Source: Pantoea sp. Aalb
Lineage (GTDB): Bacteria; Pseudomonadota; Gammaproteobacteria; Enterobacterales; Enterobacteriaceae
Reading direction: 5' to 3'
DNA: 32,000 nucleotides
Assembly: GCF_009829985.1 (NCBI RefSeq)
Contig: NZ_SZZU01000002.1
Location: 24,811-56,810, forward strand
Part shown: piece after piece, positions 19,773-28,661 of the stretch
How positions within the stretch are numbered: the first letter of the stretch is position 1
How the letters are laid out: every line of letters begins with the position of its first letter
The notes under the pieces: generated by a model
What the model saw: only the letters and a program-made list of their open reading frames with translations
Databases searched by the model: none
What the model was told of the DNA's origin: nothing
Position numbers and translations under genes: made by a program

Positions 19773-21947
19773 TTGTACCTCTATATTGAGATACTGAAAC
19801 AAAGACTGGATGCAATAAACCAGTTACGAATTGATCGTGCATTATCTGGGAAAGGACCAGTCTTCCAGCGTTTCTATAGTTTATTACCAACATTATTGCA
19901 TTATCATCATCCATTAATACCTGGTTATTTAGAAGGTAGTGTTCCTTATGGGGTAAGTTCTTTTACTCCTAATAAAAATCAGCAACAGCAACTTCAGGAT
20001 TTAGCTGGAGGAAAGCCACTTTATTTGAGTAGTATAGTCAAAGGAGAGAGACCAGTTACCGGTATTTATTCAATGGGTAGTAGTTCATCAGTAGGACAAA
20101 ATAATATTTCTGACCTAGATATTTGGATATGTCATCAATCATGGCTTGATAATGAAGAACGTTTTAATTTAAAACATAAATGTAGATTATTACAAAAATG
20201 GTGTATATCCATGGGCATGGCAGTTAGTTTTTTCTTAATTGATGAAAATCGTTTTCGCAATAATGAGATCGGTAGTCTTAATGAAGAAGATTGTGGCTCA
20301 ACTCAACAATTTTTATTATTAGACGAATTTTACCGTACTGCTGTACGTATAGCCGGTAAACGTATTCTTTGGAATATGGTACCACATGAAGAAGAATATC
20401 ATTATGATGATTATGTAATGTCCTTATATTCACAAGGAATTTTAATACCGAATGAATGGCTAGATCTTGGTAGTATTGGTAAATTTTTAGCAGAAGAATA
20501 TTTCGGTGCTAGTCTTTGGCAATTATATAAAAGTATTGATTCACCATATAAATCAGTCATCAAAACATTATTACTTGAAGCTTATAGCTGGGAATATCCT
20601 AATACACAATCATTAGCTATGGATGTTAAACAACGATTACATAATGGAGAAATAGTCTGTTTCGGTCTAGATTCATATTGTATGATGTTAGAACGTGTTA
20701 CTAAATATCTTATTAGTGTTGATGATATGTCACGTCTTGATTTAGTACGTCGATGCTTCTATTTAAAAGTTTGTGAAAAATTATCTAATAGAAAAAAAGA
20801 TAAGAAAAATCATTTTAGTTGGCGTCGTAAAATATTAACTCAATTAGTAAAAGAATGGGGTTGGGATAATAATAAGTTAGCAATGTTAGATAATCATGCA
20901 CAATGGAAAATAGAACAAGTACGTGAAGTACATCATGAATTGCTAGATACGATGATGCAAAGCTATCATAATTTAACTTGTTTTTCACGTCGTAATAATT
21001 TAACTATTAGTGCTAGCTCACAAGATATCAATTTATTGACTCGTAAATTATATGCTGAGTTTGAAAAAATACCTGGTAAAGTAACACTAGTAAATCCTCA
21101 AATTTCTCTTGATATTTCAGAAAAAAAACTCACTTTTATTTATATTTCAAGTACCACTGTCGATCATGTAGGATGGTATTTATATAATCAATCATTTAAA
21201 AATGGACTCATTATAAATCATCAACATTTAGAATATAATAGTTACCTTAATACATTAGTAGCTTGGGCTTGGTTTAATGGTTTACTAACTAGTAAAACTA
21301 AATTATATATTAAAGGCAATAATATTTGCGATTTAATACGATTACAGAAATTAGTAAATGATATAATAACTAACTTTCCGCTACACTTGCCTTCTCCTAA
21401 ACCTCAAGATCTTTATAGTTTATGTGAAATTCGTCATTTAGCTATTATGATTAATCTTGAAGATGATCCGACATTTATTCTTCATAATAAATTGATACAT
21501 TTTAATTTTTGTAATTTTGATGTATTCAATTTTGGTGAAAAAAAAATATGCTTAATTGGCAGTATTGACTTATTATATCGGAATTCATGGAATGAAGTTC
21601 ATACGCTTCACTTTAGTGGAGAGCAAGCAATTACAGAAGCGCTAAAAACTATTCTTTGTAAAATACATCAAGAAGCTGCTCCACCTAATACATTAGATGT
21701 ATTTTGTTATAGTAAACATTTTGGTAATCTCATTCATTCTCGCGTACGACATCTAGTATTAGAATGTATAGAATTACGTTTATTAAGTATGCATCAGGAG
21801 CTATGTAGATTTAAAACATTACAGGTAGGTGGACAAATATGGAGTTTATTTTTTGAACGTATTAATGTATCGATAAAAAAAATATCAAACCAAAATTCGA
21901 TTTCATTGATTCTTGAAGATTATCCGAAACTATTTAAAGGTAATTAA
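19773..21947 (+). CDS. cyaA: Class I adenylate cyclase, C-terminally shortened relative to E. coli CyaA
   Basis: Starts at TTG 19773; E. coli cyaA is known to use a UUG start. The N-terminus (M)[22 protein letters not shown] is nearly identical to E. coli. The protein is collinear up to ...[14 protein letters not shown] and ends 21 aa later. That gives 724 aa versus 848 aa in E. coli. Confidence 0.92.
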   Translation: MYLYIEILKQRLDAINQLRIDRALSGKGPVFQRFYSLLPTLLHYHHPLIPGYLEGSVPYGVSSFTPNKNQQQQLQDLAGGKPLYLSSIVKGERPVTGIYSMGSSSSVGQNNISDLDIWICHQSWLDNEERFNLKHKCRLLQKWCISMGMAVSFFLIDENRFRNNEIGSLNEEDCGSTQQFLLLDEFYRTAVRIAGKRILWNMVPHEEEYHYDDYVMSLYSQGILIPNEWLDLGSIGKFLAEEYFGASLWQLYKSIDSPYKSVIKTLLLEAYSWEYPNTQSLAMDVKQRLHNGEIVCFGLDSYCMMLERVTKYLISVDDMSRLDLVRRCFYLKVCEKLSNRKKDKKNHFSWRRKILTQLVKEWGWDNNKLAMLDNHAQWKIEQVREVHHELLDTMMQSYHNLTCFSRRNNLTISASSQDINLLTRKLYAEFEKIPGKVTLVNPQISLDISEKKLTFIYISSTTVDHVGWYLYNQSFKNGLIINHQHLEYNSYLNTLVAWAWFNGLLTSKTKLYIKGNNICDLIRLQKLVNDIITNFPLHLPSPKPQDLYSLCEIRHLAIMINLEDDPTFILHNKLIHFNFCNFDVFNFGEKKICLIGSIDLLYRNSWNEVHTLHFSGEQAITEALKTILCKIHQEAAPPNTLDVFCYSKHFGNLIHSRVRHLVLECIELRLLSMHQELCRFKTLQVGGQIWSLFFERINVSIKKISNQNSISLILEDYPKLFKGN

Positions 21948-22132
21948 ATAACTTAATATTGATGCTTTAAAATTTGATACTTTTTTTAAAAAATTAGTAA
22001 AAATTATCTATCTATTATATAATGCTTTTAAAATAAGTTAACTTTTATGAATTTTAATTCATAATAAAAATTATTATTAAGTATAATGTTGAAATATTAT
22101 TTAATTTAAATCCATTTTAAGAAAAAAATATT

Positions 22133-22216
22133 ATGTATATTTTAAAGCAATTTAATATTATTGTAATACTAATGATTTTAGTAGGTTGTGGTTTAAAAGG
22201 ACCACTTTATTTCTAG
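22133..22216 (+). CDS. lptM: Minimal LptM/YifL-like lipoprotein ORF (27 codons). It is either a functional mini-gene or a truncated relic.
   Basis: ATG 22133 to TAG 22214-22216 encodes MYILKQFNIIVILMILVGCGLKGPLYF. This is a hydrophobic signal peptide, a lipobox L-V-G-C, then GLKGPLYF, matching the recalled E. coli YifL/LptM N-terminus (...LTGCGLKGPLYFP...). The position between cyaA and dapF is syntenic. The ORF is not in the supplied track because it is too short. Confidence 0.6.
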   Translation: MYILKQFNIIVILMILVGCGLKGPLYF

Positions 22217-22308
22217 TCAATAAATCAAAAAATAACATCAAATAAAATAAAGATTAAAATAATTAAGCAATTGATTATATTTATATGAGTAATCTAGTGA
22301 AACGAAAG

Positions 22309-23133
22309 ATGCAATTTTCTAAGATGCATGGTCTTGGTAATGATTTTATGGTTGTAGATACAATAACGCAAAAAGTCTTCTTTTCACTAGAACTTATTCG
22401 TTATTTATCAAATAGGAATTTAGGTGTTGGTTTTGATCAATTACTATTAGTTGAACCACCTTATGATCCAGATGTAGATTTTCATTATCGAATATTTAAT
22501 GCTAATGGAAGTGAAGTAGCACAGTGCGGTAATGGTGCACGTTGTTTTGCTCTCTTTGTTTTCTTAAAAAAATTAATAAATAAAAATAATATTATTGTTA
22601 GTACTCAAACTAGTCGTATGGTTCTCAGTATTATTAATAAAGAATTAGTATGCGTAAATATGGGAGAACCTAATTTTGAACCAAAATATATTCCATTTTA
22701 TACTAATAAAGTAAAAGATTTTTATCTAATACGTGTTGCAGAAAAAATAGTAAAATTAAGTGTAGTATCGCTAGGTAATCCACATTGTGTAATTCCAGTA
22801 GAAAACATAAATAAAGCTCCAGTAAAAATTTTAGGAGCTTTATTAGAAAAACATGAGCTTTTTCCAGAACATGTTAATGTTAATTTTATGGAAATAATAA
22901 GTCCTGAATATATTAAATTACGTGTATATGAACGTGGTATAGGAGAAACTAAAGCCTGTGGTAGCGGTGCCTGTGCAGCAGTAGCGTGTGGTATTAATCA
23001 AGGAATGTTAGCAAAAAAAGTTCGTGTTGATTTACTAGGAGGAAGCTTATCTATCGCTTGGAACGGAAAAGGTAACCATTTATTTATGACAGGGCCAGCT
23101 ACACATGTATTCGATGGTTTTATTTATTTATAG
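22309..23133 (+). CDS. dapF: Diaminopimelate epimerase
   Basis: ATG 22309 gives [17 protein letters not shown]..., 274 aa, exactly like E. coli DapF. The track ORF begins 8 codons earlier at 22285. Both catalytic Cys contexts are present (QCGNGARCF and ACGSGACAA). Confidence 0.95.
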   Translation: MQFSKMHGLGNDFMVVDTITQKVFFSLELIRYLSNRNLGVGFDQLLLVEPPYDPDVDFHYRIFNANGSEVAQCGNGARCFALFVFLKKLINKNNIIVSTQTSRMVLSIINKELVCVNMGEPNFEPKYIPFYTNKVKDFYLIRVAEKIVKLSVVSLGNPHCVIPVENINKAPVKILGALLEKHELFPEHVNVNFMEIISPEYIKLRVYERGIGETKACGSGACAAVACGINQGMLAKKVRVDLLGGSLSIAWNGKGNHLFMTGPATHVFDGFIYL

Positions 23134-23451
23134 AATACTAACTATATTAATAAAAATATTTAATTTAAAAATAATAAAAATATTTTAAAAAATCCTTTAT
23201 TTCTTTATATATTCCTATTTTATTTTAATACATTAAGCTTAATTTATATTGAATTGAATTCCGTTGTTAATAGAATTTATTAATTCTATTAAGTAATATA
23301 CATTAAAAATAAATAAGCTTCTTTTAAGTATATTTATAGACTTATTTTATCTAAAATATGTGTAAATATCATAATTAATTTTTAATATTTAATTGTTATT
23401 TATATTTATAAATGTATTTAATATTCATCTAAACTGTTTAAAATGGTAATT

Positions 23452-25593
23452 ATGCAAGTTAATGAATTAATAAAAAACTTAAATAATAAACAGCGTGAAG
23501 CAGTAATGGCTCCACGTCGTAATATATTAGTATTAGCTGGAGCAGGTAGTGGTAAAACTCGTGTATTAGCATATCGTATTGCTTGGTTATTATCTGTAGA
23601 ACATTGTTCACCATATTCTATTATGGCTGTTACTTTTACTAATAAAGCAGCAGAAGAAATGCGTAAACGAATTAATTGCCTGATTGGTAATAATAAGATT
23701 GGCATGTGGATCGGGAATTTTCATGGTTTAGCTCATCATTTATTACGTATACACCATCTTGATGCAGGTTTACCTAATGATTTTCAAATTCTTGACGAAG
23801 AAGATCAATTACGCTTATTAAAACGTTTAATTAAAGATATGAACTTAGATGAAAGAAAATGGCCAGCTCATCAACTAATGTGGTACATCAATGGTAAAAA
23901 AGATAAAGGATTACGTCCTAATCATATTACAAATTATCGTAATTTAGCAGAAAAAACTTGGGTATATATTTATGAAATATATCAAGAGACATGTAATCGT
24001 GCTGGATTAGTAGATTTTTCTGAATTACTTCTTCGTACTCATGAATTATGGTTAAATAAACCAAAAATACTGAATCAGTATCGTAAACGTTTTTCTAATA
24101 TTCTAGTAGATGAATTTCAAGATACTAATAATATTCAGTATGCATGGATTAAAATTTTAGCTGGTGATACAGGCCGAGTAATTATTGTAGGCGATGATGA
24201 TCAATCTATTTATGGATGGAGAGGAGCACAAGTTGCAAATATTCAACATTTTCTAAATGATTTCCCAAATACAAAAACTATTCGGTTAGAACAGAATTAT
24301 CGTTCAACTAATAATATTTTAAGAGCAGCTAATGCCCTTATAGAAAATAATAACGATCGTCTTGGTAAAAAATTATGGACTGATGGTAGTGATGGTGATT
24401 TAATTTCACTTTACTGTGCTCTTAATGAATTAGATGAAGCACGTTTCGTAATTAATTGTATTAAAAAATGGCATGAACATGGTAATATTTTAAATAATTG
24501 TGCTATTTTATATCGTAGTAATGTTCAGTCTCGTGTTCTCGAAGAAGCATTACTTCAATTGAGAATACCATACCATATTTATGGTGGAGTTCGTTTTTTT
24601 GAACGTCAAGAAGTAAAGAATGTATTAGCATATTTACGATTAATAGTAAATCGTAATGATGATGCTGCTTTTGAACGTGTAATAAATATACCAGCTCGCG
24701 GTATTGGTAATCGTACTGTAGAACGCATAAGAGAAATAGCTGGCAATCATAGAATAACTTTATGGCAGGCAACTCAAGATCTATTATACTCTAAAACTTT
24801 ATTTGGACGCATAGCATATTCATTAAAGTGTTTTTGTGAGCTAATTGATTGCTTAGAAAAAGAAATTATAAATTTGCCTTTACCAGTTCAAACAGAACGC
24901 GTGATTCACGATTCTAAATTATGGTGTATGTATGAACAAGATAAAAGTGAAAAAGGTCAAATTCGTATTAAAAACCTTGAAGAATTAATAACAGCTACAC
25001 GACAGTTTAATTATTATGATGAATGCAATTTTTTCATGCCACTAAAAAAATTTTTATCACATGTAGTATTAGAATCAACAGGAGAACAGGAAAATAAATG
25101 TCAAGATGCAGTACAATTAATGACTATACATGCAGCTAAGGGTTTAGAGTTTAGTAAAGTTTTCATCGTCGGAATGGAAGAAGGTATTTTTCCAAGTCAA
25201 ATGTCGCTTGATAAAGAAGAGTGTTTAGAAGAAGAACGACGTTTAGCGTATGTAGGGATGACGCGGGCAATAAAAAATTTAACTTTAACTTATGCTAAAA
25301 CACGTCGTCTTTATGGCAAGGAATTTAGTCATCGTCCATCACGTTTTATAAATGAACTGCCAATAGAATATATAGAAGAAGTGAATTTACGTACTAAATC
25401 TATATATAAGAATCAAATACAGTCAATTAATAAGGATTTTGTATTAGGTCAGCGTATAAATCATGTTAAGTTTGGTGAAGGCATTATCATTAACTTTGCA
25501 GGTAGTGGTAAACATAGTCAGATCCAAGTTGCGTTTCAAAATCATGGAATAAAATGGTTAGTAATTGCATATGCTCGTCTAAAAGGACTTTAG
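23452..25593 (+). CDS. uvrD: DNA helicase II (UvrD)
   Basis: ATG 23452 (MQVNELIKNLNNKQREAV) aligns position for position with the E. coli UvrD start; the alternative ATG is at 23443. SF1 helicase motifs are present: AGAGSGKTRVL, VDEFQDTNNIQY, VGDDDQSIYGWRGA, LEQNYRST, TIHAAKGLEF and YVGMTRA. The protein is about 713 aa versus 720 in E. coli. Confidence 0.96.
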   Translation: MQVNELIKNLNNKQREAVMAPRRNILVLAGAGSGKTRVLAYRIAWLLSVEHCSPYSIMAVTFTNKAAEEMRKRINCLIGNNKIGMWIGNFHGLAHHLLRIHHLDAGLPNDFQILDEEDQLRLLKRLIKDMNLDERKWPAHQLMWYINGKKDKGLRPNHITNYRNLAEKTWVYIYEIYQETCNRAGLVDFSELLLRTHELWLNKPKILNQYRKRFSNILVDEFQDTNNIQYAWIKILAGDTGRVIIVGDDDQSIYGWRGAQVANIQHFLNDFPNTKTIRLEQNYRSTNNILRAANALIENNNDRLGKKLWTDGSDGDLISLYCALNELDEARFVINCIKKWHEHGNILNNCAILYRSNVQSRVLEEALLQLRIPYHIYGGVRFFERQEVKNVLAYLRLIVNRNDDAAFERVINIPARGIGNRTVERIREIAGNHRITLWQATQDLLYSKTLFGRIAYSLKCFCELIDCLEKEIINLPLPVQTERVIHDSKLWCMYEQDKSEKGQIRIKNLEELITATRQFNYYDECNFFMPLKKFLSHVVLESTGEQENKCQDAVQLMTIHAAKGLEFSKVFIVGMEEGIFPSQMSLDKEECLEEERRLAYVGMTRAIKNLTLTYAKTRRLYGKEFSHRPSRFINELPIEYIEEVNLRTKSIYKNQIQSINKDFVLGQRINHVKFGEGIIINFAGSGKHSQIQVAFQNHGIKWLVIAYARLKGL

Positions 25594-25611
25594 GATATAA
25601 GTTATGTAATC

Positions 25612-25640
25612 TTGACGATTGTTTTATCTAAGCATAATAT
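25612..25640 (+). promoter_or_regulatory. Candidate sigma-70 promoter upstream of corA
   Basis: TTGACG (25612-25617), a 17-nt spacer, then TAATAT (25635-25640), about 250 nt upstream of the corA ATG. This is a motif match only. Confidence 0.3.
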
Positions 25641-25892
25641 TATATATATAATAATGGATGACTTTTAGAACTTTCAATTTTAATTAGTTAATCATCTAAA
25701 TTAGAAAAATAATTCTTAATATTTAATTTTTATTTGTCATATTACCTGAATTAATAAACCTTTTTTTATTAAAAGAATTTTTTTTATTTAAATATTACTC
25801 TATATCGTTAATATTAAGTAAAACTAATAGAGGATAAATAATTATATAATAATACATTGTCCTATTTACTAATAATAGTAGGAATGATTGCC

Positions 25893-26846
25893 ATGTTGAG
25901 CGCATTTAAACTTGATTGCAGTCTCCTGACTCGTATCGAGCTAGAAGAAAATAAAGAAAAACTTAACATGTCTATATGGATCGATTTAATTGAGCCTAAT
26001 GATGTCGAACGTGAGTTAGTACAGTCTGAACTTGGCCAAAATTTAGTAACTCGTCCTGAACTAGAAGACATTGAAGCTTCAGCACGTTTTTTTGAAGATG
26101 AAGATGGATTACATATTCATTCATTTTTCTTCTTTGAAGATGCAGAAGATCATGCTGGTAATTCCACTGTAGCTTTTACTATAAGAGAAGATCGTCTATA
26201 TACTTTACGTGAGCGCGAACTTCCAGCTTTTCGTCTTTATCGTATGAGAGCACGAAATCAAACTATGACTGACGGAAATGCATATGAATTATTATTAGAT
26301 CTTTTTGAAACAAAAATTGAACAATTAGCTGATGAAATTGAAAATATTTATAGTGCTTTAGAAAAACTTAGTCGTGTTATTATGGAAGGGCAACAAGGTA
26401 AAGAATATGATGAAGCACTATCACGCTTAGCAGAATTAGAAGATATTGGTTGGAAGGTTCGTCTGTGTTTGATGGATACTCAGCGTGCATTAAATTTTTT
26501 AGTACGTAAAACACGTTTACCGAGTAATCAACTAGAACAGGCACGTGAAATTATTCGTGATATTGAATCTTTATTGCCTCATAATGAATCTCTATTCCAA
26601 AGAGTGAATTTTTTAATGCAAGCAGCTATGGGGTTTATTAATATAGAACAAAATCGTATTATTAAGATTTTTTCAGTAATGTCAGTAGTATTCCTACCTC
26701 CAACTTTAGTTGCTTCTAGCTATGGTATGAATTTTAAGTTTATGCCTGAATTGCAGTGGAGCTTTGGTTATCCTAGTGCTGTTGTTTTAATGTTTCTTTC
26801 AGGATTAGCACCCTACTTATATTTTAAAAGAAAAAACTGGTTATAA
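25893..26846 (+). CDS. corA: Magnesium/cobalt transporter CorA
   Basis: ATG 25893 gives [19 protein letters not shown]..., matching the E. coli CorA start MLSAFQLENNRLTRLEVEE, with AGGA 9 nt upstream. The track ORF starts 12 codons earlier at TTG 25857. The C-terminal YGMNF motif and ...[12 protein letters not shown] are identical to E. coli. Confidence 0.96.
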   Translation: MLSAFKLDCSLLTRIELEENKEKLNMSIWIDLIEPNDVERELVQSELGQNLVTRPELEDIEASARFFEDEDGLHIHSFFFFEDAEDHAGNSTVAFTIREDRLYTLRERELPAFRLYRMRARNQTMTDGNAYELLLDLFETKIEQLADEIENIYSALEKLSRVIMEGQQGKEYDEALSRLAELEDIGWKVRLCLMDTQRALNFLVRKTRLPSNQLEQAREIIRDIESLLPHNESLFQRVNFLMQAAMGFINIEQNRIIKIFSVMSVVFLPPTLVASSYGMNFKFMPELQWSFGYPSAVVLMFLSGLAPYLYFKRKNWL

Positions 26847-27388
26847 TTTAATTATACGTTATATATTAAATAATATTAAAAATTAATATTTATTCCCCAT
26901 ATGTGTATAAAGATCAGATAAACAATCATTTAAGACAAACAGTAATTATTAAAAAATAAATCAAGTTACCAACCATTACATATTATACTATTATCATAAA
27001 AATAAAAATTCAAATAAATTTGATTCTATTCTTATTGCTATTATTTTGAGCTGGTTTATGTTTTTCGCTATTATCAATGCTAAATTTATTTATATTTATT
27101 AGTTAGATACCAATTATTTTAATGGAAATATTTTCTTATCTCTAATCAAGAAAAACTATAAGTATTATATATAAATAATCAAAATATCTAGTAAGGTATA
27201 ATTATCATTTAATAGTTTTATTATTTATATTTTTATACGATAGGATATTTAAGATTTCAGAAAAAAACACATATAAAAATAAATATGATAAGTATTAAAT
27301 CTAATGATTAATCTCAGGATTATTTTGTTGGTATTAACTTACTTACCTAAAAAAATGTAATTATTAATAATTATTTTCAGAGGTTGAA

Positions 27389-28207
27389 ATGTACCATATT
27401 GTTGCATCTGATCTGGATGGTACTCTTCTTTCGCCAGATCATCGATTAACTCCTTTTACTTATATTACTCTTCAAAATCTAGTAGCCCTTGATATACATT
27501 TTGTTTTTGCAACTGGCCGTCATTATATTGATGTAGGACAGATACGTGATAAACTTGGAATTCCAGCATATATGATTACTTCTAATGGTGCTCGTGTCCA
27601 TGATATCAATGGTAAATTAATTTTTAGTCATGATCTTAATACTGATATTGCCAATGAACTTTATTATATAAAGTATGATGATAAATTAATATTAACACAT
27701 GTTTACAGAAATGATGAATGGTTTATAAGTCGGCATACTCCAGATGAACAAGATTATTTCCCAGAATCAGTGTTTAGATATCAAATATATCAACCTAGTG
27801 TTCTACCGGTCGATGGTATAAGTAAAGTGTTTTTTACATGTAAGAATCCATTGCTTTTAAATTCTTTAGAGGAATCAATTCAAACTCGCTGGGGAGACCG
27901 TGTTAACGTTAGTTTTTCATTGCCAACTTGTTTAGAAGTAATGGCAGGAGGTGTATCAAAAGGACATGCTCTTAAATCAGTTGCTAAAAATCTTGGATAT
28001 TCTTTAGAGAAATGTATTGCTTTTGGCGATGGTATGAATGACTTTGAAATGCTTAGTATGGTCGGAAAAGGTTGCATTATGTATAATGCAAATCAACGTT
28101 TAAAAGATATGTTACCAACATTAGAAGTTATTGGGAGTAATGCTGATGAAACCGTACCACATATTTTACATAAATTATTTTTAGCTAGCCAACTAAAAAG
28201 CAATTGA
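27389..28207 (+). CDS. yigL: Cof-type HAD-IIB sugar/pyridoxal phosphate phosphatase YigL
   Basis: 272 aa. MYHIVASDLDGTLLSPDHRLTP, FVFATGRHYIDVGQIRD, YMITSNGARVHD, RVNVSFS, CLEVMAGGVSKGHAL and IAFGDGMNDFEMLS are collinear with E. coli YigL (266 aa). The position upstream of metE is syntenic. Confidence 0.9.
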   Translation: MYHIVASDLDGTLLSPDHRLTPFTYITLQNLVALDIHFVFATGRHYIDVGQIRDKLGIPAYMITSNGARVHDINGKLIFSHDLNTDIANELYYIKYDDKLILTHVYRNDEWFISRHTPDEQDYFPESVFRYQIYQPSVLPVDGISKVFFTCKNPLLLNSLEESIQTRWGDRVNVSFSLPTCLEVMAGGVSKGHALKSVAKNLGYSLEKCIAFGDGMNDFEMLSMVGKGCIMYNANQRLKDMLPTLEVIGSNADETVPHILHKLFLASQLKSN

Positions 28208-28661
28208 ATTAATTAGTACTATTTAGCAATATCCTATGTATCTATTACATCAATATACTCATTCTAGTTACTAAAAATATAACTTAATATTAGAATAGTA
28301 TACTAAACTCTATCTAATGCTTTAGATAAATAAATTAAATTTAGAAAAGTATAATTATACTATATAATAATATATTATATGTATTTTAATTACATTTTTT
28401 AAAAAATATTTTAAAAGATTATATCTATTATAATAATATTATTTATTATCAATTATTTAGTTAATTTTTTATTAACATTATGAATATAGATATACAGATA
28501 TTAAGAATAATTTAAAATATATAAGTAATAGATATTTAAAATCTTTTGCTGTAAGGAATATCAATCTTATTATTAATTTTTGCTAGGATTATACGGAGGA
28601 TTGTTGTAACTATTGTTATAGTTTATGCTGCTGTTATTAAAATTATATTGGAGAATGTTAA

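Noticed and set aside
26953-27102. 50-codon open frame with a hydrophobic stretch in the corA-yigL spacer.
   Set aside because: There is no start codon before codon 36, no Shine-Dalgarno, and no recognisable similarity to a specific protein. At most it is a relic, so it is not reported as a gene or pseudogene feature.
28488-28503. Tandem 8-mers AGATATAC AGATATTA upstream of metE, as possible degenerate MetJ boxes (consensus AGACGTCT).
   Set aside because: Each 8-mer matches only 4 of 8 positions, which is indistinguishable from background in A/T-rich DNA.
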